Below, piece by piece: positions 17,301-26,686 of a stretch of 64,000 nt of DNA. Both the position numbers and the translations under genes were made by a program. Numbering within the stretch: position 1 is the first letter of the stretch; every line of letters starts with the position of its first letter. Source of the stretch: Verrucomicrobia bacterium ADurb.Bin006 (GTDB lineage Bacteria > Verrucomicrobiota > Verrucomicrobiia > Limisphaerales > J093); assembly GCA_002071485.1 (NCBI GenBank), contig MWFF01000197.1:31424-95423 (forward strand), read 5' to 3'. Under the pieces are notes generated by a model. That model did not search any database. It worked only from the letters and a program-made list of their open reading frames with translations, and had not been told where the DNA came from.

Positions 17301-20300
17301 AACTGGAGCCGGTACTCCTTGCCGGGCTCTGTTTTGAAGAGGCGGCTGATATGGCCGTCGCGCAGGGCGAGCAGGTTGGTGCCGGTATGGGCGACAGCCG
17401 GCGCCTGAATGACCGTGACGGCGTTCGAGAGCACCCACCAGCCGTTGGTCGGGCCGTCGTCGAGATTCGTGTCGCCGAACCACCGGGGAGCGCAAGGGAG
17501 CGAGGAGGCGCAGAAGGTGGCTGTGGGGGTGGCATCGACCCGTTCGAAGCCGCTGACCAGGCGATTGGTGAACGTGTTGGTGGCGTCGCTGGCGGGGCCG
17601 ACGTAGTTGGTGAGATAGGCGGTGCCGTTGTTCGTCAAGCCCGCCAGTTTGATCGGGAGATGGGCCACATTGGTGTCGTCGCTGAACGTGGCGAACACAA
17701 GATTCGTCGTCCACAGGTTGGTGCGGATGGCCCCCTGGTAGTCGGGGCCGGCGACCAGTTCGTTAGTGATACCCGTCGAGTCGACCAGGCGTCCGACCAG
17801 TTCTCCTGGCGGGCGGTTGGTGAGCGCGCCCGGACGCAGAAGGAGTTCGAGTCCGGATTGGTTGGTCGAGGGGCTCCAGACGAGGATGGGGCGTTCCTGG
17901 CTCAGATCCTGGGGATTGATCCAGGCGTCGATGGTGAAGCCGGGAGTGCCGGCGCCGATGTCCAGGCTCAGGCTGGCCGGGATGCGGGCGTAACCGGCGT
18001 TGGAGTTTGTGGGCAGATGCAGCGATTGGGCGACATGACCCGGCCAGTCGATCTCCGCGGCGCCAACGAGTATGGCGGGATTGTTGGTCAGGGCGTCTGG
18101 CGTGATGCCGCCCTGGAGCTCATCCATTGCCCAGCGGCTGACCAGACCGTCATCCGGCTTGCCGGCCGGCCCGAACTTATAGATGCCGCGGATTTCGGAT
18201 GCGGACAGGGCACGGCGGTAGACATCGATCTCGTCGAGGTAGCCTGGGAAACGGCCGGGGGTGTTGGTGCCGTCGAGCTTCCAGCCCAGGTAGAGGTCTC
18301 CCCGGGTGAGCAACTGATCCGACAGATCGACGCATTCCTTCTGCTGGATCCTCTCGCCATCGAGGTAAAGGGCCGCGACGCGGCTGGCCTGGTCGTAGGT
18401 GAGTGCGACGTGGCGGAAATCGCTGACGAGGGTTTCGCCGCCCCACGTTTGCCAGTTAGTGCCGCCTCGATTCTCGCTGAGGAGGACCCGCTCGCCGCGG
18501 GGTGTGACCAGGTAGACGGCGAGATCGGACGCGCGCTCGTGGTTGAGGCGGACGCCGACCTTGATCTCGCTGATCGTGAGGCCGCTGGTGAGGGCGTTGG
18601 TGCCGACACTGATCACGTCGTCGCCCAGGGCGACGATGTTGGTCGAGGCCGAATCCGACCGGAAGATGCCAGGGACGTCGTATTCGAAGCGGACGGAGAC
18701 ATAGAAGGAGATATCGGCGGCGGTGGGGTTGTAGAAGCCGAAATGGTAGAGGCCGTAGCGCAGAGGCGGATCGTCCTCGATTCCCAGGCTGAGATCGCCG
18801 CCGGTCGGGAACATGGTGGCATGGGCATCGAATCCAGTGGCGGTGGGGCGCGCGCCGCGGCGGACATAGACTTCGAGAGGGCCGGCGGAGAGGGAGCGGA
18901 CCTCGACGATCATGCGGCTGACGCCTGGGGGGACCTCGAGGTGGGCGAAGCGCCACATGTTGGCGCCGAGGGTGACGAACGCGCCGGCGAGCAAATCGAG
19001 GTTGGGGGTCAATCGGATGGTGAGGTTCTGGACGTAGCCGGTCTGGCCCAGGGCATTGTCGATCGCGGTCAGCATCCACGACCCGCTTCCTTCGACACCG
19101 ATGAAATCGTTGAGCGATCCGGGGCCATCCGTGGTGTCGGAATCGAGGAACTCGCCCGAGCCGCTGTCATCGTAGAGCATCGAGTAGACGCCGCCGAGGT
19201 CGCCGAAGCTGCGGTGGTTGTTCAGAACCATGCCGCGCGTGTTGTGGCTCAGGGCCCCCAGCAGGTCGCCGAGCAGTTCGTGGACCAGCGTGTTCGAGAC
19301 GACGACCATATTGACGTCGATCGGATACGGATCGAACGCATACACCTGGGCGTAGGCCGGCGTCACGGGCGACCCGTCCGCGATGGGCCGTGGCACGGGC
19401 AATCCCCGCAGCCAGTGGTTGCCCTGCTCATCGATGGTGGTGAAAGGCTCCATCGTCGAGAGGGCCACGATGCTGTATTCCGCCGCCATTTGATCCTCGG
19501 ACTTGACGCCGATGTAGAACACCTCCGACGGGTTCACCACCGCGTTGGAGTACATGAGTGTCTCCGACGATCCGCCGCGCTGGATCGAGCGCTCGGCGGC
19601 GGCGATCGCCTGCGGATCGAGGTCGAGCAGACGCCGGTCCCTGGACACGTAGAGGTCGATGTCCGGCTCGACATTGCGCGCAACCGAGAGGTTCAGCGGG
19701 GTGTGGAGGGCGATGGCGACGTTGGTGCCGAAGTTGGTGTACCAATCGTAGGGCGTGGGCGCATTGGTGAACACATAGAAGTGCCACTGGAGCCGAGTGC
19801 CCAACGGGTATTCGAGGAGGGGGGAGTTGGCGCCCACCCGGTCGTGGAGCCGGGGCAGGCCGTTGGTCAGCACATCGGGCGTAGGCATTGTGAACGCGGT
19901 CGAGTTGGTGGGCAGAGGCCTGAGTTCGAGGCGATTCGTTGAATCGATCGACACCACTAGCGCGTAGTCCTGGACGATGTTGTTGGTGTGGGCGGTGACG
20001 GCGTTGACGTTGACCCGGCGTCCGATCACGCGGACGGTGTAATTGGTGCTCGAGGGCAGGCTCAAGAAGACGTTCTCGACGTTGTTGATGGTATCTCTGG
20101 GGGCGTCGGGGACGCCGTTGGTGCCGACGGGGTGGATCGTATTGAAGTCGGAGTCGGGTTCGAAGTCGTTGCCATAGACGATCTGGTTGGTGCCCTGTTG
20201 CACTTCGAGATCGAGGTCGTTGACGAGTTTGGATGCCGCCGCCGGATTGCCGGGCGGGTCGGTCCAGACCAGTGTCACGCGCAGCGTGGATGGGGAGGCG

Positions 20301-22843
20301 TTGGTGGGCAACGCGATCTGGTACTCGTGCGTCTGCCCGGTCGCGAGGGCGTTTGAGGGGCTTTGATCGACCCATTGGACCGGCCAGTTCGAGGTGTCGG
20401 AGAGGGCGTTGGTGATGGCCAGGGGCAGCGTGTTGGTGAGGTTGGCGAGGCCCCAGCCCTGGTAATTGTAGGAGGCCTTCACGCCATAGCTGTACTCGGG
20501 TCCCAGAGACCGCGCCCCATTGATGATGAGGGCCTTGAGCAGGGCCGGGCTGGCGTTGGTCTCGAGATGCTGCTCGAACAACTCCTGGAGCAGGGCCAGC
20601 ATGCCTGAAACCGCCGCCGCCGAGGAGCTGGTGCCGGAATTGAAACGATAGCGCGCGCCCGGCGTGCTGTTGGTGTAGGACTGCGTGTACGGCCAGACAT
20701 AAATGCCCAGCGAATTCTCGACCAGCGTCGTCACACGGAGGTCGAAATCCACCGCCTCGGCCTGGGCCTCATCGGTCGTGATGGTATAGGTGAGCGTGCC
20801 TTCGGAAAGCGGTGTGACGACCACGTTGGTCTGGCCGGTGACATCGGCGCCGTTCAATCGCGCCCGGATGGTCAGAGGCGAGAACGGCAGGATCGTACGT
20901 TCGTTGGGAAGCGCTTCGATCTCGAGGTAAACGACGTTGGAGGCGACCGTGTAGACGTAGGTGTTTGTCTCGCCCGGAAAGACGATTTGCTGGGCGTAGG
21001 TCTGGACCACGCGATTGGTCACCAGGCCGTTGGTTGGCCAGTCGTCGATCCATGTCGAGTAGACGAACGTGCCCGGCGCGACCACGTCGGGTTTGAAGCG
21101 GCCCACTTCGCTTTCGAATCCGATGCCGACGTTGCCGCGGCTCGAGAAGGGCGCGACCTGGCTGTCGCTGTCCGTTTCGGAGAAGGTGTATTGCCCTGCC
21201 TCGATATTCGTGACCGTGATCGGTTCGCCGTTCGTGTCGATGACGTCGATGATGTTGGTGACAATGTTGGTGATATAGACGAAGCGATTGAGCTCGGTCG
21301 CCCCCACGGTCAGGACGTTCTTGGCCGTGCCCGGCGAGGTGATGGTGCCGGGCTCGCCGCCCGTGCCGACGTCATTGCCCGCGCCGCTGTTGCCGGCGGC
21401 GAAGACGAACAGGAGTGCCTGCGGACCGGGCGTGTAGGGCAGGGCATCGCGCGTGGCGGCGTCGTAGCTGGCGGCGGACGAGTCGTATTCGAAACGTCCC
21501 GGGTAACCCCAACTGTTGTTCGAGATCAGGATGTTGGTCAGGCTGTGATTTGTTCCGTACCGCGTGTTGGCGGCGGTCTCTTGCAGGTAGGCGTCCGAGA
21601 TGGTCGGTCCGCCGTCCAGGTCGATCGGCAGCACGAACAGGCTGGCGGCGGGGGCGATGCCGCGGAAGACCGCGTTGCTGAGCGAGCCGTACACGTTCGT
21701 GCCGGCCGTGACGCTGGTCCCAAGTCCGATGATCGTCCCGGCCACATGGGTGCCGTGGCCATTGGTGTCGACCAGGGAGGCGGCGTTTGTGTCGCCGTAG
21801 ATTCGGTGCTGCCCGCCCAGCATCAAATCGGGGTGATTGGTCTTGACGCCCGAATCGTTCACATTCACGCAGATGTTCGATCCGGTGAGGGGCAGGGTCA
21901 GATTCGTCGATGCCCCGCCGTCGACTGTGTTCCAGAGCACGCCCATGCGCACGCCGGTCAGGTCGTTCATGGGAAGCCGCGCGACCCACGGCTCGACCAA
22001 CTGGACTTCCGGCAGGCAGGCCAGCGCGGCCACTTCGCCCGGAGGCGGCTCGACCACGAACTGCGGGCCGAATGGGGATCGCGCCTCGGCCAGGATGTTG
22101 GCGCCGATGGCTTCGAGTGCATGGCGCGCGCCAGCCCCGCTCTCGGGCAGGAGCGTGACGCGCAGGCGCGCCCGGGGCGGCAGCGGCTGCTGCTCGGCGG
22201 CGAGTTCGAGGAGGCTCGGATCGATCTTGAAGTAAGGCTCGAAGGGTATCACGGCCCGGGCCGAGCCGGAGACCCGGAGGGCGTGCGCCGCCGATGCGGA
22301 CGCGCGCACCAGATAGGCGTTGTTCGGGATGTACGAGACGATGTCGGCCCCTTGATCGGCAAGCGCGGCGCGAAAGGCCTCGGTGATTGGCCCCTTAGCC
22401 TGGATCACATAGCTCCCCGGTTCCTCGCCGGTCTTGAGGTGCGGCGGCAAGGACAGGGGAACGTCCGAGGCGGTGTCGATCAGGGCGTTTCGGAGGAGGA
22501 TGGCGGAGTCGCTGTGGGCGAGTTCGCGGATCGGCTTGGACGTGTTGCGGACGCGGCGGGGGAACTGCGGATCGACCGTCGGCTCTACCGCATCGGAGTC
22601 GGGCGCGATCGCGGCGGCGGATTGGTCCATGGGCCTGACCGCGGCGGGGAGGGGGGTGAGATTGGTGAGCAACCGGACATCTGGCGTCGGTTCAGCGCTT
22701 TCCGAGGCTGTCTGAGCGGTTCGGGTCAAGCGGTCCGAGGGTGCGATCTTTTCAAGGGCAGCGCGGCGATGGGCGAGTTGCCAGAAGCCGAATGCGCCCA
22801 GGAGGCAGGCCAGAACGAAAAATGACCGTGTTCGTGACGTCAT
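14372..22843 (-). CDS. Giant S8 subtilase with P-domain-like, LamG and pre-peptidase-C-terminal-like modules (2823 aa)
   Basis: N-terminal signal anchor (SFFVLACLLGAFGFWQLA). Catalytic motifs: Asp VNVNDSGVKTNHPDL, His NGHGTHVAGTIIG, Asn NNSWG, Ser FNSGTSSSAAAVSGMLALL. LamG-type endings occur twice (LDEIDVYRRALSASEIRGIY; IDELSLYARALTADEIHAIY). Four PPC-like modules are present (YFMVNVPEG..., YYCYTVPQGAVCVRFHLEPLDGDLNLYI, SYFVFSVTNAVPAVQFDLES, AYRFTVVPNATRALFRLTPLNGDADLAL). The gene starts 39 nt after the upstream K-like gene. Confidence 0.9.
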   Translation of the reverse strand: MTSRTRSFFVLACLLGAFGFWQLAHRRAALEKIAPSDRLTRTAQTASESAEPTPDVRLLTNLTPLPAAVRPMDQSAAAIAPDSDAVEPTVDPQFPRRVRNTSKPIRELAHSDSAILLRNALIDTASDVPLSLPPHLKTGEEPGSYVIQAKGPITEAFRAALADQGADIVSYIPNNAYLVRASASAAHALRVSGSARAVIPFEPYFKIDPSLLELAAEQQPLPPRARLRVTLLPESGAGARHALEAIGANILAEARSPFGPQFVVEPPPGEVAALACLPEVQLVEPWVARLPMNDLTGVRMGVLWNTVDGGASTNLTLPLTGSNICVNVNDSGVKTNHPDLMLGGQHRIYGDTNAASLVDTNGHGTHVAGTIIGLGTSVTAGTNVYGSLSNAVFRGIAPAASLFVLPIDLDGGPTISDAYLQETAANTRYGTNHSLTNILISNNSWGYPGRFEYDSSAASYDAATRDALPYTPGPQALLFVFAAGNSGAGNDVGTGGEPGTITSPGTAKNVLTVGATELNRFVYITNIVTNIIDVIDTNGEPITVTNIEAGQYTFSETDSDSQVAPFSSRGNVGIGFESEVGRFKPDVVAPGTFVYSTWIDDWPTNGLVTNRVVQTYAQQIVFPGETNTYVYTVASNVVYLEIEALPNERTILPFSPLTIRARLNGADVTGQTNVVVTPLSEGTLTYTITTDEAQAEAVDFDLRVTTLVENSLGIYVWPYTQSYTNSTPGARYRFNSGTSSSAAAVSGMLALLQELFEQHLETNASPALLKALIINGARSLGPEYSYGVKASYNYQGWGLANLTNTLPLAITNALSDTSNWPVQWVDQSPSNALATGQTHEYQIALPTNASPSTLRVTLVWTDPPGNPAAASKLVNDLDLEVQQGTNQIVYGNDFEPDSDFNTIHPVGTNGVPDAPRDTINNVENVFLSLPSSTNYTVRVIGRRVNVNAVTAHTNNIVQDYALVVSIDSTNRLELRPLPTNSTAFTMPTPDVLTNGLPRLHDRVGANSPLLEYPLGTRLQWHFYVFTNAPTPYDWYTNFGTNVAIALHTPLNLSVARNVEPDIDLYVSRDRRLLDLDPQAIAAAERSIQRGGSSETLMYSNAVVNPSEVFYIGVKSEDQMAAEYSIVALSTMEPFTTIDEQGNHWLRGLPVPRPIADGSPVTPAYAQVYAFDPYPIDVNMVVVSNTLVHELLGDLLGALSHNTRGMVLNNHRSFGDLGGVYSMLYDDSGSGEFLDSDTTDGPGSLNDFIGVEGSGSWMLTAIDNALGQTGYVQNLTIRLTPNLDLLAGAFVTLGANMWRFAHLEVPPGVSRMIVEVRSLSAGPLEVYVRRGARPTATGFDAHATMFPTGGDLSLGIEDDPPLRYGLYHFGFYNPTAADISFYVSVRFEYDVPGIFRSDSASTNIVALGDDVISVGTNALTSGLTISEIKVGVRLNHERASDLAVYLVTPRGERVLLSENRGGTNWQTWGGETLVSDFRHVALTYDQASRVAALYLDGERIQQKECVDLSDQLLTRGDLYLGWKLDGTNTPGRFPGYLDEIDVYRRALSASEIRGIYKFGPAGKPDDGLVSRWAMDELQGGITPDALTNNPAILVGAAEIDWPGHVAQSLHLPTNSNAGYARIPASLSLDIGAGTPGFTIDAWINPQDLSQERPILVWSPSTNQSGLELLLRPGALTNRPPGELVGRLVDSTGITNELVAGPDYQGAIRTNLWTTNLVFATFSDDTNVAHLPIKLAGLTNNGTAYLTNYVGPASDATNTFTNRLVSGFERVDATPTATFCASSLPCAPRWFGDTNLDDGPTNGWWVLSNAVTVIQAPAVAHTGTNLLALRDGHISRLFKTEPGKEYRLQFAHRRQPMPADIVGWWPGGGNLTDRISGREGDAEGEIRYTNAFVYDACADPGRGFLFMTNAGHIVIPYDPSLETTNQWTIEAWVNLSNALDLTNAPPLGGPIAIRQSVATNGLGNALVNYGLGVSPEGGVELWYNDPWVQGHPDSEDSLFELIRSREALSTERFHHVAGTFRQVSPDRVEMRLYVDGALDRHVALPGSLAGTIDLAQPDALSLLIATNAVGHPALGGLDGFNGIIDELSLYARALTADEIHAIYAMRRVGKAPPPGRARTLLTVGGADDAASMSGCEAWGTNWLSRSARVFNSDSDQWQTNTITFLAAASHTRIDLEAIVPGALIDSIEVTELRPRYFQPEESMSSLIGQLAVGDWRLEVVDRRTGATNDIDPELLTWQLDLQFGPPLYPILTLTNGVTYTNTLPRATRYFMVNVPEGTERVLNTLTNLAAAGIDLWFNAKGLPTGEPEYGDFRLLTNVVMDAPGYAIVATNGSWLTSSDLQATNNFAGAPRLEPGRTYYLGVRNDQATTAEFALRVDFFPNENRDICPELDPLPPGGVSAVMPASDDLQYYCYTVPQGAVCVRFHLEPLDGDLNLYIRNARSEPPLRPQPDWFEYAANSPGTNAEVIVVNQRSCVPLFAGHWYLGIENREDRGVQYRLWVEEQHAYTDTPLAADQPIIATARPGNDTCSYFVFSVTNAVPAVQFDLESFSNPARLLVSRNSRPGPCDSLRDDEAAPGLPTRILICTNDAVPDLRGDWYVAVINRAPTDTPFRLSAGYGLDLLPVLRAGVTITNTIGSTLEGGGCIPDAYRFTVVPNATRALFRLTPLNGDADLALRFGQLPETWLFDYLGGTPGITPEFIEVKTNSVPQPLVPGDWFVRVFNQTQSAVTYLLVAEQYADDDPTGIFLDMPFIAPDGTVTLTWSTYPGLVFRLQYATTIPASSPIPWITIPIDITSPTSFYSFVDDGAFTEPFTSFRIYRLLLVGP

Positions 22844-22882
22844 AAAACGGATGGAAGGTGGGATGGCCCGAGGAGCGTCTCG

Positions 22883-25800
22883 CTATTCGCTGAGGACCTC
22901 ATTGAAGTTTTCGACGACAGCTCGGGGGGTGTCGAGCGGCCCATCGAGGCGAACGACGGACCGGGTGACGCATTCGCTCTTGACCTGGTAGTTGGTGCAC
23001 ATGCGGTTGAAGATGCCTTCGCCGAAGTAGAGCGAGTTGGGCGCTTCCTTGAGCGTCTGGCCGAAGGCGTAGACCACGAATCGGGGTTCATCCGCCTTGA
23101 GCAGCGAGAGAATCTGTTGAGGGATGCGCTCGAGCACTTCGTCGCGTGGCCAGACCGGCAGTTTGCGGGGGAGCATGCCTGTGCTCCCGGGGGTGGCCGG
23201 TGGACTGGCGAAGGTCAGTTCCGGCGTGGCCAGGATGCGTCCGAGGGAATCGAAGTAGGGCGCATGGACGCCGATCAGGAGGTTGGTTTCCTGCGCGCGG
23301 GTGCGATTGATGCCATCGACAATCTTCTGCAGGGTGCTGAGGTTGGTAGCCGAGGGTTCGAACAGGTTTGATGACACCTGATCGAGGAAGAGTTCGTCGA
23401 GGGCGCCGGTGTCGTCGATGGGGAGGAGCACGCTGACTCCGCTCAGGACGGCGGCCCAGGCGGCCAGGTTGTCCTGATTGACCGAGAGCAGGCCGCGCTG
23501 CGCGTTGTCGGTGGGGGCGGTGGTGAACAGGTCGGCCAGAGTCCAGTCGTTGGTTGGATGGGTGCCCTGGCTGCCCGCCCAGCGGTACCACGAGGTCTGG
23601 GTCGTCGTGTTGGTGTCGGCGATGTCGGCCTTGAGATAGACCGTCTGCCACGGGGTGCCGCGGTGGACGCGTCCGATCCAGCCGACATTGGGGAATTTGT
23701 TGGTGGGAAAGGCCCAGTCGTCCGAGCGTTCGATCAGAGGGTCTTTGACCCGGATATCGCGGGCCAGGACATCGGCCGACTCGTTGGGATTGCCGCCCCA
23801 AGGCCGGTAGCGCTGGTTCAACAAACCGAGGTTCGAGTTGGTCAGGGTGATTTGAGGCGGGATGGCGAACCGGACGGCGTTGGTGCGATTGGGGTCGTTG
23901 GGCGGGTTGAAGGGATCGAGCAGATCGCCCAGGGTGTAGTGGACCAGGGGGTCATTGGCCTGCCAGGTGATTTCCTGATAGACCTTGCGTGTGGGCGAAT
24001 AGCCGGCCTGGATGGCCAGTTTGCCCGCGATCTCCTGCGCCAAACGGTCCCGTTCCCGCTGGCTGGTGTAAGTGAGGGGTGTCAGACCGCAGAACAGACG
24101 CAGCCGGTCGATGCTCCGTTCCTTGTCGCGTCCCTCGGCGGAGACGGCGCTCCAACTGCGCCACTGCTGGGCGCTGGTGGTGATGTTGCCGAGCGAGATG
24201 TCGATCTGGTTTTGCACGCCCAGGGTCGGCGCCAGCAGGTCGGTGGACCCGCCGACGCGATTGGTGAGCCAGGTGTTGGGCGGTTCGGAGGCCGAGCCGG
24301 CTACCGAGGCGAGTTGGGCGCGACCGGCGATCTCGCGGCTCAGGTCCATGACTCCCTTCATGTTGCCGAGGCAGACGAAATCGACGAGCCGGTTCGGGGT
24401 CACGCTTTGGTCGACGAGCGCGTAGAAGAAGCGGTTCGTGAATTCGAGCGCCAACTGCGGCATGTAGAACCCCTGGTTCGGGATGAAGTTGATATCCGTG
24501 CCGGCGGGAATGAACTGGCCGGTCTGGGGGTGGTACATCACGTTCGAGAGGACCACCAGCGACTGCGAGACGGGGAGGACGAAGTGGTTGGAGGGCCATG
24601 TCGCGAGCGTGAAATTCGTGGTGTAGGGCAACTCGCCGAACACGCCGTTGAGCGGAACCGTGCTGTCGAGGTTCGTCACGGCGATCCTGAAGTCCCCCTT
24701 CACGACGACCTGGAGTGCGCGGTTCACGCTCTGGGTGTACGAGTTCCAGGCTTCCAGTCCGATCTTGTTCGACACGGTGAGGAAGTAGAGCAGGTTGGTC
24801 TGGGAGGGCAATTCGTGCAGGGTGCGTTTTCGGACCTCGGTCTTTCGGGTGACTTGAGCGACGTTGAGCATCGCGATCTCGTTGAAGTTGGGCCATCCCT
24901 TCTTGGCGCCGATCACGAACGGTACGTCATAGACAACCGCGTAGGGATCGTTGACGAGCTGGGCGCGGTCGGCGGCGGAGCTGAGGTCGTAGGTCTTTAG
25001 GCTGTTGACCACGGACGCATTCGTCACCTCGACATAGTCCCGGATGAGGATGCTCGAACCGTCCTGGTCCAGCCCGAAGAGCGGGCGCATCACGGTCGGA
25101 TGATGCGGTCTGTTCGCGGCCGCGCCGGTCAGGTGTCTCTGGCCGGTGGCGTCGTAGAGGTTCAGGGTGAGTTGGAGGAGGCGATGCAAGGCGGGCGAGT
25201 ATTCGTTGAAGGGGTGGATGCGGATGTTGGTGATGGACATGCCGGGGCGGACCAGGTACTCGCCGATGTATGTGTTGGTGTAGACCGCGCCGCCGCTCAC
25301 GCGGACGGATCGGATGGTCCGATGGGCCTGGATCAGACGGTTGGCGACATTCGCGAAGAAATCGTGAGGCTCCCACGACACGAGGTTGGTCGCATGGTAC
25401 GGGGCGAGATTGTTGTAGTTCAGGTTGATCTTCCGATCGGTGGGCGCGACCGAGTCCATGCCCATCTGGCCGAGCATCCGGTAGAGCGTGTAGCGGTCGT
25501 AGGTGGAGGGCTGGGCCTGGGCCAGGATGATTCCGGACAGCCAGCGGCTGGGCGCTTTGTTCGTGTTGAAAAGGTCGTTGATCTCGTAATAGCTGCTGGC
25601 GCTCTCGCTCCCTGGCCAGGGCAGGGTGGGATCGTCGTTGTCGGTGGTCAACGCCTCGGTCCCGGTGAACGGCGGGCCGTCGGCGTACATGTCGATGTAA
25701 TCGTTGCGCAGGACGTTGGCCATGCTGACTTGATTCCAGAAGAACCAATCGCGGGCGGGCGCGAGCGTGTTGTAGTTGCCGCCATAGCGGTGCCGTAGGA

Positions 25801-26686
25801 AATCGAGGGCGGTGAGGAAACAGGCTCCGGACTGCGAGCCAGCGAGGCCGCGGTAGTCGTAATTGGGCCAGGCGTTGGTGTTCAGATGATGGAGGAACGC
25901 GCCCAGATTCAATTCCCACGGCCCGACGCCCTGGTTGCGGAAGAACCGGCTGTTCACCATCGCTGCGTCGCCTCCTCTGGCCCCGGCGTTGTTATGGATG
26001 AAGTTCAGATCGAGGCTCTTGCCGGCGGGGAGGACCATGTAGGCATAGCGGCCTGCGAAGCGGTTTGTCGCCGAGTGGGGGTAGTCGGGATGCTGAAGAA
26101 CGGCGATCCACTCGGGATCTCCCACCAGGTGTTCGAGGAGTATGTTCGTTCCGATGCCCGTGCGAATCGTCCGGCCATTGTGATCGAGGATTGGCTGCAG
26201 TCCGTTGGTCTCGAAACGCCCGTTCCGGTTCAGATCGAGGTAGAATCGGAAGTCGAGATTGGTTCCGTCGCTGACGAACACCGGCGCGCGTGGGTCTAGG
26301 ATCAGGTTTGCGATGTTGCGCAGGCGATCGCGTCCGGTCACCGGAGCCGAGTTGCCCAGGAGATGGTCATAATTGACGTTGGTGGGGGTGAGTTGCTGCC
26401 AGTCGAGGCTGGGATTGAAGCCGACTGGGCTGATGTAGTTGGTCGACACCATCAGGTCGTAGGCGTAGGGGCTGTTGTTCGCCTGCATCCGGGCGACCAC
26501 CTCGGCCTGGGCGCGCGCCAGGGCGGCGTCGGCCATCAAACGGGACGTGTTCTGTTCTTCGGTGACGGCCACCGCTGACCGTTCGCGTCGGCTGACCGCC
26601 AGGAACGTGATCGCCATGAGGGTGACGACCGCCAACATGATCAGTGTGATGACCAGGGCGACACCGCGTTGTGAATGAGACTTCAT
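22883..26686 (-). CDS. Giant GspK-like minor pseudopilin (1267 aa; 'Verru_Chthon cassette protein A'-like)
   Basis: The N-terminus MKSHSQRGVALVITLIMLAVVTLMAITFLAVSRRERSAVAVTEEQNTSRLMADAALARAQAE matches the GspK-type hydrophobic segment plus following helix. The start overlaps the upstream stop (ATGA at 26683-26686). The position after H/I/J-like genes fits. I could not assign the remaining ~1200 aa. Confidence 0.72.
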   Translation of the reverse strand: MKSHSQRGVALVITLIMLAVVTLMAITFLAVSRRERSAVAVTEEQNTSRLMADAALARAQAEVVARMQANNSPYAYDLMVSTNYISPVGFNPSLDWQQLTPTNVNYDHLLGNSAPVTGRDRLRNIANLILDPRAPVFVSDGTNLDFRFYLDLNRNGRFETNGLQPILDHNGRTIRTGIGTNILLEHLVGDPEWIAVLQHPDYPHSATNRFAGRYAYMVLPAGKSLDLNFIHNNAGARGGDAAMVNSRFFRNQGVGPWELNLGAFLHHLNTNAWPNYDYRGLAGSQSGACFLTALDFLRHRYGGNYNTLAPARDWFFWNQVSMANVLRNDYIDMYADGPPFTGTEALTTDNDDPTLPWPGSESASSYYEINDLFNTNKAPSRWLSGIILAQAQPSTYDRYTLYRMLGQMGMDSVAPTDRKINLNYNNLAPYHATNLVSWEPHDFFANVANRLIQAHRTIRSVRVSGGAVYTNTYIGEYLVRPGMSITNIRIHPFNEYSPALHRLLQLTLNLYDATGQRHLTGAAANRPHHPTVMRPLFGLDQDGSSILIRDYVEVTNASVVNSLKTYDLSSAADRAQLVNDPYAVVYDVPFVIGAKKGWPNFNEIAMLNVAQVTRKTEVRKRTLHELPSQTNLLYFLTVSNKIGLEAWNSYTQSVNRALQVVVKGDFRIAVTNLDSTVPLNGVFGELPYTTNFTLATWPSNHFVLPVSQSLVVLSNVMYHPQTGQFIPAGTDINFIPNQGFYMPQLALEFTNRFFYALVDQSVTPNRLVDFVCLGNMKGVMDLSREIAGRAQLASVAGSASEPPNTWLTNRVGGSTDLLAPTLGVQNQIDISLGNITTSAQQWRSWSAVSAEGRDKERSIDRLRLFCGLTPLTYTSQRERDRLAQEIAGKLAIQAGYSPTRKVYQEITWQANDPLVHYTLGDLLDPFNPPNDPNRTNAVRFAIPPQITLTNSNLGLLNQRYRPWGGNPNESADVLARDIRVKDPLIERSDDWAFPTNKFPNVGWIGRVHRGTPWQTVYLKADIADTNTTTQTSWYRWAGSQGTHPTNDWTLADLFTTAPTDNAQRGLLSVNQDNLAAWAAVLSGVSVLLPIDDTGALDELFLDQVSSNLFEPSATNLSTLQKIVDGINRTRAQETNLLIGVHAPYFDSLGRILATPELTFASPPATPGSTGMLPRKLPVWPRDEVLERIPQQILSLLKADEPRFVVYAFGQTLKEAPNSLYFGEGIFNRMCTNYQVKSECVTRSVVRLDGPLDTPRAVVENFNEVLSE

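Noticed and set aside
16985-22825. Long plus-strand ORFs (16985..19942, 985 aa; 20987..22825, 612 aa) inside the S8 giant gene region
   Set aside because: They are antisense to a gene with unambiguous S8 catalytic motifs. Their translations are Gly/Asp/Arg/Val/Ala-rich low-complexity strings (e.g. GGAVVRQARQFDREMGHIGVV...) with no motif. These are typical stop-poor shadow frames of GC-rich DNA.
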